Below are positions 36,483-50,467 of a stretch of DNA of 64,000 nt, piece after piece; within the stretch, counting starts at the first letter, position 1, and each line of letters begins with the position of its first letter. The translations under genes were made by a program, and so were the position numbers. Origin of the DNA: Octopus sinensis (lineage: Eukaryota); the NCBI RefSeq assembly GCF_006345805.1, contig NC_042997.1, positions 135,470,001 through 135,534,000 on the forward strand, given 5' to 3'. The notes under the pieces were generated by a model. It did no database searches. It was not told the DNA's origin and saw nothing but the letters and a program-made list of their open reading frames with translations.

Positions 36483-39169
36483 CATTATTGCTTTCAAAAT
36501 CTTTATATAGTAACAAGTATTGAGAATAATACGTAATGGTATAAATCTATGTTATAGTTCCCTTTTCGTAAGAAAATATGCATATGAATGGCTGGTTAGG
36601 AGAATCAACATCCGTGAATGAATTATCAGTCGTTTCTCAGTTCATTTCCTCCCCAGAGTCGAAAAGAATGGAAATAACTACAGTCGCCATTCTATGGTTT
36701 CTACATTGCACTAGCTTGAAGCCATATTCTTACAATATGTTTTTCATTCTGTTAACTCTTGCGCAGTATTGAAATGGGGGACATTAAGCTCTTCTGATAT
36801 GAAGGTCTTATTCTGGCCCTTGGCTCGATAGTCGGTCGATATTAGAAATACATAAATAAATCGATATTTGATATATATGTTCTTAATCTCCATCTAGATT
36901 TAGATAAATAAGATAGTTAAACATATCCTTCATGACCATGTTTTCATATTTGATATACAAATAAGACAGATCGAAATAAATTATATGAATAATGCTTACA
37001 TTATTTTTAATATGTCTTTGCTGGCAACACCAAAATTTTAAATCAATAACTTTTAATCACATTCCTTACTGACGAAAATTAACGTTCTCTAATTTTTCAG
37101 AATTATCGGTGTTTATTTAGTAGGTTTTGTGAGTACATAAATAATTTCCCAATATACTTATAAAAATCGGCGACTGACACTAGAGATTAATTATCTCTTA
37201 TGCGCCATTCCTCTCATACAGATGCAGACGCAAATGGGCATATCAATCCAACCAACGAACCACCCAACTATGTGTGTGTTTATGTATATATATATATGTG
37301 TGTATCTAAATATATATTATAGAGAGAGACAGACAGACAGACAGACTGACAGACAGACAGACAAACAGACAAGCAGACAGATACATACATACATACATAC
37401 ATACATACACTAGCATAAAAAATGTGGCTGCAGGAATGATAACATTCATAATCAATTAAATCAGGAAACGTGCAGAAGAAAAAGAAGTGGATGATTGAAA
37501 ATATTGCAGCTGAAGTGGAAAATTGAATTTGAATAATAGTCTTTTTATTTTTTACTTTCGTAAGGAAGGGGTTTCAAAGGGCAAAAATTGGGGGAAAATA
37601 TTAAAGAGAAAACTAGTGATTTGATTAACTTTGAAAGATCATTTTCTTCCACTGTTGAACCCTCTCATGTACACTGCGAATTGGGTTCATACGCAACGGT
37701 TTACGCTTATCTGAGACCGATGAAATAAATGTAGTATCATTTGATGAAAGGATATTTGTCGGTCAAGTTTTGTAGAAAACAGTTTCTGAGTATCTTGTGC
37801 CCAAATCTTTTGGATTTTCTAATAGCGATGAACGTTAACTCATTCAATGGGTAAAACCTCAATTGAATACCACATAATTCTTCCCACCTTATTGTGTACT
37901 GAAAAATTGTTACTGGGGGAATTTAAGTGTATTCCTGCTCTCTACCTGAACTCGTATTTCCGTAATTCTAAGTGTAAGCTCAGCTATATTTATAAAATCG
38001 TGAGAAAAATGTGTTTTAGTCTGCAGAAAGTAAATATGTGACGTTCTATCTCGAATTTTCTTTGCATAGGGTTTAGAATGTAAAGAGAAATTACATTTTT
38101 ATATTTAAATGAAACTAAATATATTTCTGTTTATTTCAATTCCAAATTTAGCCGCCAAATTTTTAAGCTTACACTTTTTGTACTGTTTAAATATTACACT
38201 TTCCCCGTATTTTCCCTGCTATTTCACACTCTTTTTATAAGCAACGCTAAATAGAGATAAATATTTACAGTTATTGAGACAAAACAAAATTATAAAAGAT
38301 AGAATAAATGAATTTTCTCAAAATGTTCAAACTGTAGTAAAAGAAAAAGGAAATTACCGAATTATGCCAGTGAGGGATCTGAGAAGGAGAAAATACAAAT
38401 ATAGCAGTAGTAGATATATGATATGATGCCTATCAGAAAGTACCACAGGTAATATAATTCAATCAGTTTGAAGCAAAAGGGATCTGAACACGTTCACAAT
38501 CTTGAGAAGACCGCAGAGTGAGCTAACAGTACTGAATCTCATTGGTCAAAAGAATATTGGTGGAACGTCGAATTAAAACAGCTACCACAAAACAAACAGT
38601 TTTATTGTGTGTAAACACATTAAAAAGATATACTCTGTTGTGGAATCGGATACAAAAAGGATCAGAAAAATGCATGAGAAAGAGGACACTTGTGAATCAT
38701 TGATAAGCAATTTGCAAATCCATTATCCAAGATGCGCCTTCTGTTTCATTCCTTCATATTTATTGGAGCAACAGGATATGTATGACTGAATTTGGGGAAG
38801 AAATGCAACTCGTTAGTTCATACGCTACCAATACAAACCTTCAAGGCCTTGTTAAAATTTAAAGGATTATGAGCAAAGCAAGATGATTTCCCACACAATG
38901 TTGCTAGAATGCAGGCGACCCGTCTAAATTAACTACATGTCAAATGAAATTATACATTCTTGTGTTATGCTTTTCGATTCTCAAAAAATATGCACATCAG
39001 TGGCTATTCTGATTATTAATCACCGCGGTACGAACTATTATTAAATATTAAATCTCTTCTTTACCTGTCATCATAGCGACTAGAAATAATTTTTGATATG
39101 AAAGGCTTAATGGAGATCACCTCAAAAGTTAGTCGATATTAGAATCACACAGAATATATATATATATTA

Positions 39170-39209
<40 letters not shown>

Positions 39210-39251
39210 GTTCCACGTGTTGTTGTTTTTCTGTTTTCCCGTTTGGATTAA

Positions 39252-39284
<33 letters not shown>

Positions 39285-39289
<5 letters not shown>

Positions 39290-39575
39290 TTTAAAAATTG
39301 AGGGAGATAAATTAATATTAATTTTAATATCAATTAAAACCAGTAGTCCAGCATTCAAAAAATCTGAGGAGTCAGAGAATTCAAATATATGTGTATATTG
39401 GCAGGGCTGGCCAGCTAGGTAGCCGGCCAGAATGCTAGAAAAAGATCATCAACGATCAAACTACAAGGGAAATTCTCTAGAGGAAGAATTCAGCGAACAC
39501 CAGAACCAACTTTGGCGGGCAGGACATATGAAAAATTATATAAATAACAGACTTAAATGCATACCTCGGTTTCTT
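39285..39575 (-). mobile_element. Solo pseudo-LTR-like element related to the 18690-19065 element, with 3' half of an HHR
   Basis: Reverse complement shares GTTCTGG.GTT.GCT.AATTCT and CAGATTTT..ATGCT.GAC.ACTGGTTTTAA.TTGATATTAA with 18837-19030. Begins GAAA-CCGAGG-TA. Flanked by (AT)n. Confidence 0.6.
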
Positions 39576-39630
39576 GTATACATACATATATATATACATA
39601 TATAAATACATATATATACACACACACACG

Positions 39631-39665
<35 letters not shown>

Positions 39666-39666
<1 letters not shown>

Positions 39667-40058
39667 CTCTTGACTTGTTTCAGTCATTTGACTGCGGCCA
39701 TGCTGGAGCACCGCCTTTAGTCGAGCAAATCGACCCCGGGACTTATTCTTTGTAAGCCCAGTACTTATTCTATCGGTATTTTTTGCCGAATCGCTAAGTA
39801 ACGGGGACATAAACACACCAGCATCAGTTGTCAAGCAATGCTAGGGGGACAAACACAGACACACAAACATACACACACATATATATATACATATATACGA
39901 CAGGATTCTTTCAGTTTCCGTCTACCAAATCCACTCACAAGGCTTTGGTCGGCCCGAGGCTATAGCAGAAGACACTTGCCCAAGATGCCACGCAGTGGGA
40001 CTGAACCCGGAACCATGTGGTTGGTTAGCAAGCTACTTACCACACAGCCACTCCTGCG
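39666..40058 (-). mobile_element. Full-length tRNA-derived SINE (family B)
   Basis: Minus strand starts CGCAGGAGTGGCTGTGTGGTAAG (A box), GGTTCAGTCCC (B box), internal (GT/AT) microsatellite, 3' tail GGCGGTGCTCCAGCATGGCCGCAGTCAAATGACTGAAACAAG. Confidence 0.92.
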
Positions 40059-41643
40059 ATATTTGTAGGATATCTACTTATTAATTTCAGTTTGATAATG
40101 GAATTGATCGAAACTTTTTTATATAGGCAACTAGATTAAGATTAGCATTACATTTTGCCACATCATGATTATTGCGCGACCGTTAACTATGTTTTATTTT
40201 GACAAACAAATAAATAGGACATAAAGCCAGATTAATTTTCCCATTGTTATTTAGAATATTTTAAAGGTTTCAGTACTACCACCATTAAATTGTAAATCTA
40301 CAAGTTTTATTTACATTACATACAGGCACAATAATCAATCTTATTAAAGTTGTCTGACTTTTAGAATCATTGGTAAGTTATTGGGTTGTTTTTTGTTTTG
40401 TTTTTTTCTAGGCAAACAGATCAATTTCCAATGTACTTATCAGATTCGGTTCATACTTCAGAAAAACCACGCCATACGGATCTTTAGATACTTGTATTCA
40501 TGCTACATTCTTTCTATATGTAATTACCCTTCCTTCATTTTTCATTATTTACCCGTCTTTATTAATGTCTCAAGTAACCAATCCCCTTTTGTTATCCGTT
40601 AAAATACACTTATCTGTTCTTCTCGTCTGATTTTTCTCCCTTCATGAGTACCATACATAAATGCTTCACTTTCTTCACAATAGATAAGTAGTAGTTACGG
40701 TAGTTTTTATGGATAAAATCTTTTGTGTATGACTCTTCTAGATATAACAAATCAACTGAGGTAAATAGTGTTCAAATATTTGAATAGAATAGAGTGTTTC
40801 TGAATTTTATTTATTGTTTTTTCTATATTTTCTGGAAGCCGACACTTTCTAGCATATCTCTTGGAACATTTTGTAGAATATCACCATATTACAAATTTTA
40901 TTGTTTATAGTATATCTCCAGGAATATTTATAGTATATCTCCATGTCACAAACACTATGAAAACGTTTATGCACTTGGCTTTTAACAAGCATTTGTATTC
41001 TCTGTACGTTAACATGATTGCTTCTCAGAACGAAAATCGAATAACCGTCTTTCTCATTCAGCACCATAATTTCAATAAGTCAAAATTTGGAGAGCTCAGA
41101 TAATTGCTTCAAATAAGATTGTGATGTCTGGCATACTGAATGTTAGTCGTATGTCTTGAATTATACTTCTTAATTAGTAGATTTTCTTTAAAGTAGCTTT
41201 TGTAAAATGTATGATTCCCTAAGCTGCACCTATATGAAGATTATGATTCAGGAATTTAACATCGAAATTCACATTAATTTCACGAAATATTCAATCTGAT
41301 AACTGTGTCCCGCGGCATATTACGGTAACAATTTGCAGCTGTGATAATATGAGAGAGGAGTAACAAGTTATTCGTGTATATTTTCATCCTGAAGCTAAAA
41401 GGTAGTAATTTTCTAAAATCATACATCAACACACATAAGAGGGTGAAATATATATATTTTTTTAATTAATAAAAAATCGGTTGAGGTAAATCTATAAATA
41501 GGAGACGTTTATATATCATTTGATGAACACACTGAAAGGTATTCAAATATTTGATTAAATAAATGAACATTTTTTCGTCATAGATACTCACACCACGTTC
41601 ACGCACACACACATACACACATATACACACATACACACAAATA

Positions 41644-41704
<61 letters not shown>

Positions 41705-41779
41705 GTATAAATGAATGTAAATACATACATGCACACACACACTCACACAGACACATTATTTATAGGTCACGATACATGA

Positions 41780-42310
41780 ATTAAAGCGCTACCTAATAAT
41801 GTTGAGAGAACTCAAACATAATTCTTCAGGCGCAAACCACATATCATAACGAACCTAAAAAATGAATAAATAGAAGAAAAGTGATGACGCTGAGAAAGCA
41901 GCATATAGAAAACGCGGACAGCATACAACGGGAACCGAAAAACGGAAAATGTTACTTTGCTGGAAGGAGGCTGTGTGATTAGCATAGCGATTTTAAAATT
42001 CTTCTTCACATAATCCAGTATAGGTCTTCTGATTATTTGTATTATTCTTTAGGGTTGCAGTAGCTTCTGCCTCATATATGATAGATTTAATTTTACAACG
42101 TTGGTCAAGTGGACAAGATCTTGGGTGGCGACATTTGCAGCTGGATTCAGGTTCTTGGTGTTGACCACGTGTAATGTTACTCTTCATATTTGAGCAGCAG
42201 CTATATGATAATTCACAGAATGCCTATTGACTACTTTCTGTATCTGTGAGTAGCTGGAAAGTGTTTGTCTAGAAGTGACAGGGAACTTTTACCAATGTTA
42301 GTTTTTTTTA
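41780..42310 (-). mobile_element. Fragment of a second PLE clade (CxC..CPL..C linker, tentatively Nematis-like) with degenerate HHR
   Basis: TNIGKSSLSLLDKHFPATHRYRK, SCCSNMKSNI, CKCRHPRSCPLDQRCKIKSIIYEAEA...KTYTGLCEEEF. Downstream GCGC-CTGAAGA-hairpin-(GAAA lost)-GTA-GCGC at 41786-41833. Confidence 0.78.
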
Positions 42311-42759
42311 AGAGAAAAGAGAGAGGCGAACCAAATAATTTTCCCTCCCATATTTTTTGGTTATCCTGATTAATACTAGTGTGGTTAGGAACCACTTTAT
42401 CTCTGATGCCACTATATCGATTATTGTGAGTAAACCGAAAGTAATTGAGAAATCCATAGCTTATGTGAATGGATCGAATAAGTGTAGGCTTTAGTTGACT
42501 GAAAGGGCGCAGATCCTGTTCAGATCTAAGATCCCTCACTCTCTGTTGAACTCCAGGTCAGAAATTTCCATTGGTTGCATGCATATGTATAAATATATTC
42601 TGAAGAATTGGAAAAACCTGTCTATTCCTGGCTGACTTAATATCTTTTCAACCTTATCATTTAAGGCCTAAGGAAGATAGCGCATTTTACCTTTTAACAG
42701 TTTCTTTTCGTTTTCCCGTTTTTATTTTCCGTTGTTTACTGTCTGCGTTTTCTATACCA

Positions 42760-45390
42760 CCCAAGGAAGAGAAGGTGCTGAGAATCACTGGGTCCGGACA
42801 AGCTGCTACTGGAATATGAAAGCTGAAACGTACAATAAAATAATCATCTCATATATCCGGTCTTGAGGAATAGTTTTCAAAGATCAAATTTCATTTAATC
42901 GGAATGATATATATGAGAAGCCAAGGAGAAGGATGCATCATGCTCAATAATAGCGGTTACAAATTATACTACAAGGATGAAGTCACATCCAACAGGTGAG
43001 TTAGTTTCCTGGTTCCCAAATATATCACTGGCAATGTTACAAACTTCTGGAGCAAGTCATATAGACTGGTGCAACTCACCTTGAAGATCAATGGTAAGTA
43101 TCACTTCAGAACCATTCAAGAATATCTGCCAAAAACCAGTCATATGCATGAAGTAATCGAGGTTGTGTTTGAGAACATCGGCAACAAATAACTATCATGA
43201 ACGTGTTCTTCAAGAAGAAAATATGCAAACGATTAACATGGATCTCGCCCAATGGTAGTCAGAAGAATATGATCGATTACATCCTAATAGACAAGCCGCA
43301 GATATTTCAAGATGTCTCAGACGTTAACCGTTTCAATACTGGCAGCGATCATCGCTTACTACGTGCATAAATCACCATTAACACAAAGCTAGGACTAGCT
43401 AGACTAACGAAACGTCCAAAGAAGCCAAACTCTACGGTGCTATCAACAAAGGAGACACAATTGCAACTACTAATTAGCAATATGTTTGAAACCTTGGAAC
43501 AACATCACACAGACGATAGAGTTAGCTCCTATTCAGAGAATATTAGACCACTTTGATGAATAAAGCTGTAATTAGAGCCGGAAGTAATAAACCACTCATA
43601 ATGGACAAGCGTTCTACAGAAACCAAGCAACTCAAAGAGAAGTGATGGCAGATGAAGAGGAGGAAGACAAGTATTCAGAACATCGAATACATTGAAACCT
43701 GCAAAATAATCAGCCTTCGCATGAAAGAAGATATCAGAAAATATAATCACAATGAACAGCTGAAAGCTCCCAAAAAGAACAAAAGTCTGGAGACTGTCAC
43801 GAGAAAGAAATGCTTGGAGAAAGATATCAGCGCCGTCAGAAGTAAACTTAACAGGCTTATCATACGATGTGAGGAATTCTATAGTAAATTGCATTGCACC
43901 AGACGATCTGAAGATTCCATTCTCCAACGACACAAATCCAACCCAACATCCTATTCCCATTATAACTTTAGAGATGTCAGCGAGCATAAAACGACTCAAG
44001 AAAGACAAGACACCGGGCGAGAACAACATCTCATATATCATTTTCAAGGAAGATGGAGGACCCATAGGGACGATGCTCACCACGCTCATCAGCAGATTCT
44101 AAGAAGGAAAAGTCCGTAATAGTTGGGAAAATACAGTAGAGATCATCTTGCTTTACAAGAAAGGTGGTAAAGCGATCTTGAAGAACTACCGTCCCATCAA
44201 TCTCTTGTCCATCATCTACAAGGCGTTTTCCTAAATTATGATTAGAAGAATGATCAGCAACTTGGATATCTATAAACCAAAAGAAAAAGTTTAAGATAGG
44301 CTTTTGTACTGTTGATTTCATTCATGTTGTCAATCAACTGCAAGGGAAAGCGAACGAAGACAACATCCCACTGTGCCTTGCCATCTTTAACTATGAGAAG
44401 GCCTTCGACTCCAAAGAAATCACACTGTTCTTTACAGCTCTCAAAAGCCAAGGAGCGGGCCCCGACTACATTGCAATACTGAAAGATCTTTACAGCGGTA
44501 TAACATCGACCCACAGGCTACACCAGGAAGTGATAAGATCAATTTGGAGAGAGGAGCAATGTAAGGTGATATCTTACCGAAGTTGTTTACATCGTGACTG
44601 CAAGACGCTGTCATCAACAAAATCCACTGGGTCGAGAAAAGCATCAACATTGGACGCGAACAACTACACCACCTGGATTTTGCAGATGTCATCTTGACAG
44701 CGCATACACCTAAGGAACTGGAAGAAACGCTCACCGATATCTACACTACAAGTCAACCTGTCAGCCTCAACATGAACCTTGGAAAATCCCGCCCTGATAA
44801 ACTGCAAGGTTATAGAAGAGACAGAGAACTACGTTTACCCGAGAAAGATGGTAACAAAAGACGGAAATCTTCGCCACGTGATAAAGGGAAGAGTAGCGCT
44901 TGGGTGAGAGGCTTTTGAGAGGTCCCAAGACTTCCATGAAAATTAAAAGTAAGATCTTCAACAGATTTCTGTCAGTGATGATTTACAGCAGTGGAACAAG
45001 GGCTCTGAACACTACAATCATGAATTTCCTCATTGTAGCCCAACGGAAAATGGAACGAAACATGCTCGCCATCACATTACAGGACAAGAAACCAACGATT
45101 GGATTCGACACCACACGTGAGTCAACGACATCATAAGAATGACCATGGGCAACTAATATAGACGGGCTGGCCACATCACGTGACTGAAGGACAACAGATA
45201 CACAATCAGGGTGACGGAATGGACGACAAAACAATTGAGAAGATCAACAATTCGACCAAAGACAAGATAACGAGATGCTCTCACCCTCTACCTGAGGTCT
45301 ACATGGAGATGGCTGGCCAGAGATAGACAACGGGAAAAGAAGTCCAAGGATGAGTTCCTCCTTCCGAACTGATGAAGCCCTGGAAAAGTA
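42760..45390 (+). mobile_element. Heavily decayed RTE-clade LINE
   Basis: Fragments TWISPNG..KNMIDYIL, GSDHRLLRA, KKDKTPGENNI, KNYRPINLLSIIYK, NYEKAFDS, HLDFADV, VAQRKMERNML, AGHIT..DNRYT.RVTEW. Many stops and frameshifts. Confidence 0.87.
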
Positions 45391-45485
45391 AATATACACA
45401 CGCTCATATGTTTGTGTGTTTATATATATGCATGTATGTGTATATGAATGAATATATATATTAATGTGTGTGTGTACATATGTGT

Positions 45486-45542
<57 letters not shown>

Positions 45543-46626
45543 TGAATATATACATAAATGTGTGTGTGTGTACATATGTGTAAATGAATATATATATATA
45601 GATATATATATATATTCATTTACACATATGTACACACACACACATTTATATATATACTAGCATTATATGCTAGTTTGGTATAAATAGTGCTTGTTTGGTA
45701 TAAATTTGTTAAATTAAAAATTTGGGGTAATAAAACATACAATGACATTAAAAAGACGAATTAAAATTCCAAAGAAAAATACATAGAAGATAAATATACA
45801 AATTTACAAAAATACATAAAAGTTCATCGGAGATGCATCAATTAATATGAAACATATTATATATTTAAAATTGACACTCCCCTCGTCAGGATGTTTTTTA
45901 CACACAACACATAGTACACGGAAACAAATGCAATTACATACCTGCTACATGCGAAAGACCAGACATTACGTACTCCAAATATTCTCCTAGATACTGAATG
46001 CTACTTTATAAGCATATAATTCAATCTAGCAGCTATAGTAAATGGTATGAGCACATCTCCATCTGAACTATTTCACTTCTGCACTCAATTAAATTTTTCA
46101 TCTTTTAATTTCTCCCATTCATGCAAAGCCACATATTCGAGTTCAAGTCCTTGATACATTTTATACTAATTGCTATTTTTCTTTTAATTGTTATATAACG
46201 ATTTACTTACCATTTTAATAAAATAAAATATATTTAATTACTACTTACTATATTTACTATATTTAATTCAATTGTTATTATTACCTCTAACTTTTATTGT
46301 AATTTTTATTTCTAAATTTCTTATGGAACGTCGAGTGGATCTTATGCGTACAATATATTTTTATATGATGTTCATATATTTATATATTACTATATATTTC
46401 TAAACGTCGGGCTTTATGTCTGTTCTGTAGATATAAATGAATATATGAATATATGTATGTGTTTGATCTTTCTGTAGATTTTGTAGTGCTTCTGTAGTTG
46501 CTGCTCGCATTGCCTCTCCTCGGATTAAAAAGTGTATACAGCTCATTTGAGCACTACTATTCCAGTCTGTTATATAATTTGAGCGTTGTTGTCACTAACG
46601 ATCTCAAGATATAACCTTATATTTTG

Positions 46627-46665
<39 letters not shown>

Positions 46666-47156
46666 CATATACATACAATAGAAAGATGTTTTTGTTTCAC
46701 TTTTAACACGTAATATTGAAATGGTGGAGTGGGGAAAAAATATGATACTGCTGTGGGCTCGCTCTAGGCAAGAAGTTAAACATTTTTGCCCATGATACTA
46801 CATGGACCCTAAGTAAGGCATGTGCAAAATTTGAATGAAACTGGTTCTGTAGTTCTCAAGTTTTAGGGAATCACAGTGGAGAAGATATGATATTACTGTG
46901 GGCTCGCCCAAGGCAAAAAGTTTTAAAAATTTTGCCGATGACACTCCCCGGACCCTAAGTAAGGTATGTGTGAAATTTGAATGAAATTGGTTGCGTAGTT
47001 ATCAAGTTTTAGGGAAACACACACACAGACAGATAGACAGACAGACAGACACGCATTCTCAGTTTTATATATAGAGAGATTCATTCATATATATATATAT
47101 ATATAATATATATATATAACATATATGTGTGCGTTTGTGTACATATGTGTAAATGA

Positions 47157-47187
<31 letters not shown>

Positions 47188-47248
47188 TCATTCATATATA
47201 TAAATAAATATATATGAACACACACAAAGATATGAGTGTGTGTATATT
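45391..47248. repeat. Microsatellite-rich foldback element with ~40-bp inverted ends, interrupted by the Helentron-like element
   Basis: AATATACACACGCTCATATGTTTGTGTG (45391) versus CACACAAAGATATGAGTGTGTGTATATT (47248). Internal hairpin ~45557-45646. Confidence 0.55.
45656..47080 (+). mobile_element. Non-autonomous Helitron/Helentron-like (DINE-1-like) element
   Basis: Starts ACTAGC, ends (CAGA)n...TTTTATATATAGAGAGAT, inserted at T|T with no TSD. Two tandem ~150-bp core repeats at ~46725-47020. Confidence 0.65.
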
Positions 47249-47282
47249 CCTTTATATATATATATAATATATATATATATTA

Positions 47283-47326
<44 letters not shown>

Positions 47327-47342
47327 ATATATATATTATATA

Positions 47343-47384
<42 letters not shown>

Positions 47385-47394
47385 ATATATATAT

Positions 47395-47424
47395 ATGGCC
47401 TTTGAAGCCGTTCCTCAATTGTTG

Positions 47425-47430
<6 letters not shown>
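47395..47430 (+). mobile_element. Tiny 3'-end fragment of the 486-bp HHR repeat family inside (AT)n
   Basis: ATGGCCTTTGAAGCCGTTCCTCAATTGTTGTTGAA resembles ATGGCCTATTATGGCCGTTCCTTGATTGTGATGTTGAA. Confidence 0.6.
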
Positions 47431-47481
<51 letters not shown>

Positions 47482-47484
<3 letters not shown>

Positions 47485-48339
47485 GGCGCGGTGAATAAAC
47501 TTACGCAAACATGAAAATAAGACTGACATCAAATTTTAACAGAGATATTTAGCAAAATTACATAAAAATATTTTGAAATACTTAAGAGTAAATCTATTCA
47601 ATAAAAATAGCCATTGGTTTCAACCACGGCCTCCAGACGACTTCGGAATCTCCTATAACTTTTCTGGGCGGTCTCCTTGCTTAAACTCGTGAATGCTATC
47701 ATAATTTTGCCTTCAGTTCATCTTTAGTGTTGTTAGGAGTTTTGTTGCTCTCTCGTTCAACAGCGCCCTACACATAATAATTAAGGAGGTTGCAGTCTGG
47801 GGAGTTAGGTGGCCAGCTGTTTGGGGTGATGTGGTTGCAGAAATTTTATGACAGCCATGACTCGGTTTTCCCGCTTGTTTGCCGTAGTACAGAGTCCTGT
47901 AGCCAGACATTGGATTTTCCAGCAGCCAAACTTTTGACCCAGCAGCAGCACTACCTCCTCCAGACACTTGATGTGGCCTCTGTGTTGAGTCTGGGGCTGT
48001 GTAGGAAGATGAATGGAGGCATAACGTTGCCATCACTAGTGATCACTCCAAACATCATGATGTTGACTGGATGTTTGATTTTATTCCTCTCGGTACATGT
48101 CCTCAGATTCACACCCAAATGCTCTGAAATGTTCGTATTGGAGTTTCTGGCTTGAATGCCCAGCAGTATGTCGTTTCCAAATTTCTGGCAGTGTGAATTG
48201 TGTGATGGTGCTGCTTTTCTCACAGACGGTGCCCATCCGACCCTACTATACTGTGTAGTTGACAAAATCAAAAAAACAAACACTGCGCATGCGCGAAATT
48301 AAAACTATAAAATGGCAACAATTTATCAATCGCAACCTG
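47482..48339 (-). mobile_element. Internally deleted maT/Tc1-like transposon (DD37D-type motifs)
   Basis: KHPVNIMMFGVITSDGNVMPPFIF; PPNSPDCNLLNYY; RFRSRLEAVVETNG. Imperfect CAGG.. TIRs with TA flanks. Confidence 0.82.
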
Positions 48340-48342
48340 TAT

Positions 48343-48343
<1 letters not shown>

Positions 48344-48425
<82 letters not shown>
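48344..48425. repeat. (AGAT)n microsatellite
   Basis: Directly visible. Confidence 0.95.
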
Positions 48426-48467
48426 TTAACAACCGTAATAATTTATACATACATACATGCAAACAAA

Positions 48468-48960
48468 TTAGCTGCCAACCGGATGTTAACCTAAAACTGA
48501 AGATCAGTAAAAGAGAGAACATCTACGCTGAACTATTGAGTGATCTACATTTACTCTATCCAGTTTACAAGTTCAGGTTTATACCTGTAATTATTGGGGC
48601 CCTGGGATATGTAACACACTGCCTAAATACCAATCTTGTGAGATTAGGCTTCTCAAAACCAGAAAGGAGAAAGCTGATTCGAAGTGATGTATCCAATCCA
48701 TCACTGTAACTGTAAAAATCTGTAAAGCTTTCCAGAAGTTTATCATTTAAATATATATGAGCATGTCTAGATATGTAACTCTATGCATGAGAATACATAC
48801 ATAAAACATACAAATCTTCACATACGTACATACATACATATATACATACACACAAAAATACCTGCTGTTGATGTTGAAATTCCAATGGAGCAACCATGGA
48901 TCAAGGTTAGAAATCGGTTCTTTCTCTATTGGCAAGAAATGTTGAAATAACTGAATAATG
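48468..48960 (+). mobile_element. 3' end of a second RLE (R4/Dong-like) non-LTR family
   Basis: Translates SCQPDVNLKLKISKRENIYAELL..LYPVYKFRFIPVIIGALGYV...KICKAFQKFII* followed by a 3' UTR. Confidence 0.7.
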
Positions 48961-48962
48961 AC

Positions 48963-49026
<64 letters not shown>

Positions 49027-50295
49027 CGAGGGGCGTTCAATAAGTAATGCCCCTGACCCACTTGCAGTTGTTTGATCTTGCTGACATTTTGCATGTGCAC
49101 TTATTTATACCTCTATAGATTAAGTGGCGAATTACAACTCTGAATTAATTGTGCTTTCTGATTTACAGGTGTTTGAACTGAGTCAAGTATGAAATGGAGC
49201 CTGTTGAGTGTCGAGCAGTGATCTGGATTTTGTATTTGAAAGGACGCACACCACGGGAGACTTTTGATGAAATGAAAGTAACTTATGGTGATGATGCCCC
49301 ATCATATGACCTTGTAAAACGCTGGCATTGTGAATTCAAACATGGTCGGAACTCTGTGGAAACAGCTCCCAAATCTAGTCGCCCCCTTCTGCCGTTGATG
49401 AGACGTCTGTCCGTCAAGTTGAGGCTGCCATTTTGGAAGGTCAACGCATAACTATTCGCCAAATAGCCCATAAGGTCAAGATTAGTACCGAGTCTGTGCA
49501 AACTATCATTCATTACCATTTGCATATGCAAAAGGTGTCTGCCAGATGGATTTCCAGGTTGCTCACACCTTTCCAGAAGCAAGAACGCGTTGAGTGCTCG
49601 AGGGTGAATTTGGAGATGTGCCAAGAAGATGAGTCAAAATTTTTCAAAAGACTGATCACACAGGATAAAACCTGGGTCCATCACTTTGATCCATAGACCA
49701 AAGCCCAGTCAATGCAGTGAAAGCACCGTGACTCACCTCCTCCAAAGAAGGCAAGGGTGCAGCCCTCCGCTGACAAGGTTATGCTCACAGTCTTCTGGGA
49801 CCAGGACGGAGTAGTGATGACAGATTTCCTGGCAAAGGGTACCACAATCACAGGAGCCTATTATGCTTCACTTTTGAGGAAATTAAGAGAAGCTATCAAA
49901 ATCAAGAGGCGGGGCAAGATCAGCAAAGGCATCCTCCTCCTGCAGGACAACGCTCCGTCCACAACTCGCGTGTCGCCAGATCAGAAGCACAGGCGTGCAG
50001 CTATGAACTCCTCCCCTTGCACCCTCTGATTTTCACCTCTTCCCAGCCATGAAGTTGATTTTGAAAGGAAAGCGTTTCCCAGATGATGCAGCCTTGATTT
50101 CTGAAGTCACGTGGTTGGAGGACCAAGCTGGGGTCTTCTACAAAAACGGTCTCCAGAGCTGTATCAAACGATGGGAAGAAATGCATAACTCTGGGTAGTT
50201 CCTATGTAGGAAAAGACTAATAACTGTGCCAAGTGTCGTTGCTCTACTACTGCTATGGGAAGTGGGTCAGGGGCATTACTTATTGAACGCCCCTC

Positions 50296-50296
<1 letters not shown>
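49027..50296 (+). mobile_element. Full-length (1270 bp) mariner DD34D transposon, transposase inactivated
   Basis: Perfect 37-bp TIRs CGAGGGGCGTTCAATAAGTAATGCCCCTGACCCACTT, TA TSD in (TA)n. Transposase 49194-~50220 with ARWISRLL, ITQDKTWVHHFDP, KVMLTVFWD, LLQDNAP, PSDFHLF; frameshifts and stops. Confidence 0.95.
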
Positions 50297-50341
<45 letters not shown>

Positions 50342-50423
50342 AAGGGTGAAAAGGAACACACGAGTTGATATATATGAAAAAACAAGTAAAAAAGAAAATG
50401 CTAAAATAATTTTATAGTGAACA

Positions 50424-50467
50424 TTTCAGTACCGGTTTCGGTCATTTTGAGACCTTTTCAACTGTAA
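50424..50467 (-). ncRNA. Minimal hammerhead with U3-A8 core (inverted pseudo-LTR copy)
   Basis: Minus strand TTACAG-TTGAAAA-GGTC tcaaaat GACC-GAAA-CCGG-TA-CTGAAA. Confidence 0.75.

Noticed and set aside
39990-40058. tRNA-like A/B boxes
   Set aside because: SINE head; no complete cloverleaf, and it continues into SINE body
45365-45392. CTGATGAAGCCCTGGAAAAG at the end of the RTE element
   Set aside because: No stem II, III or I pairing
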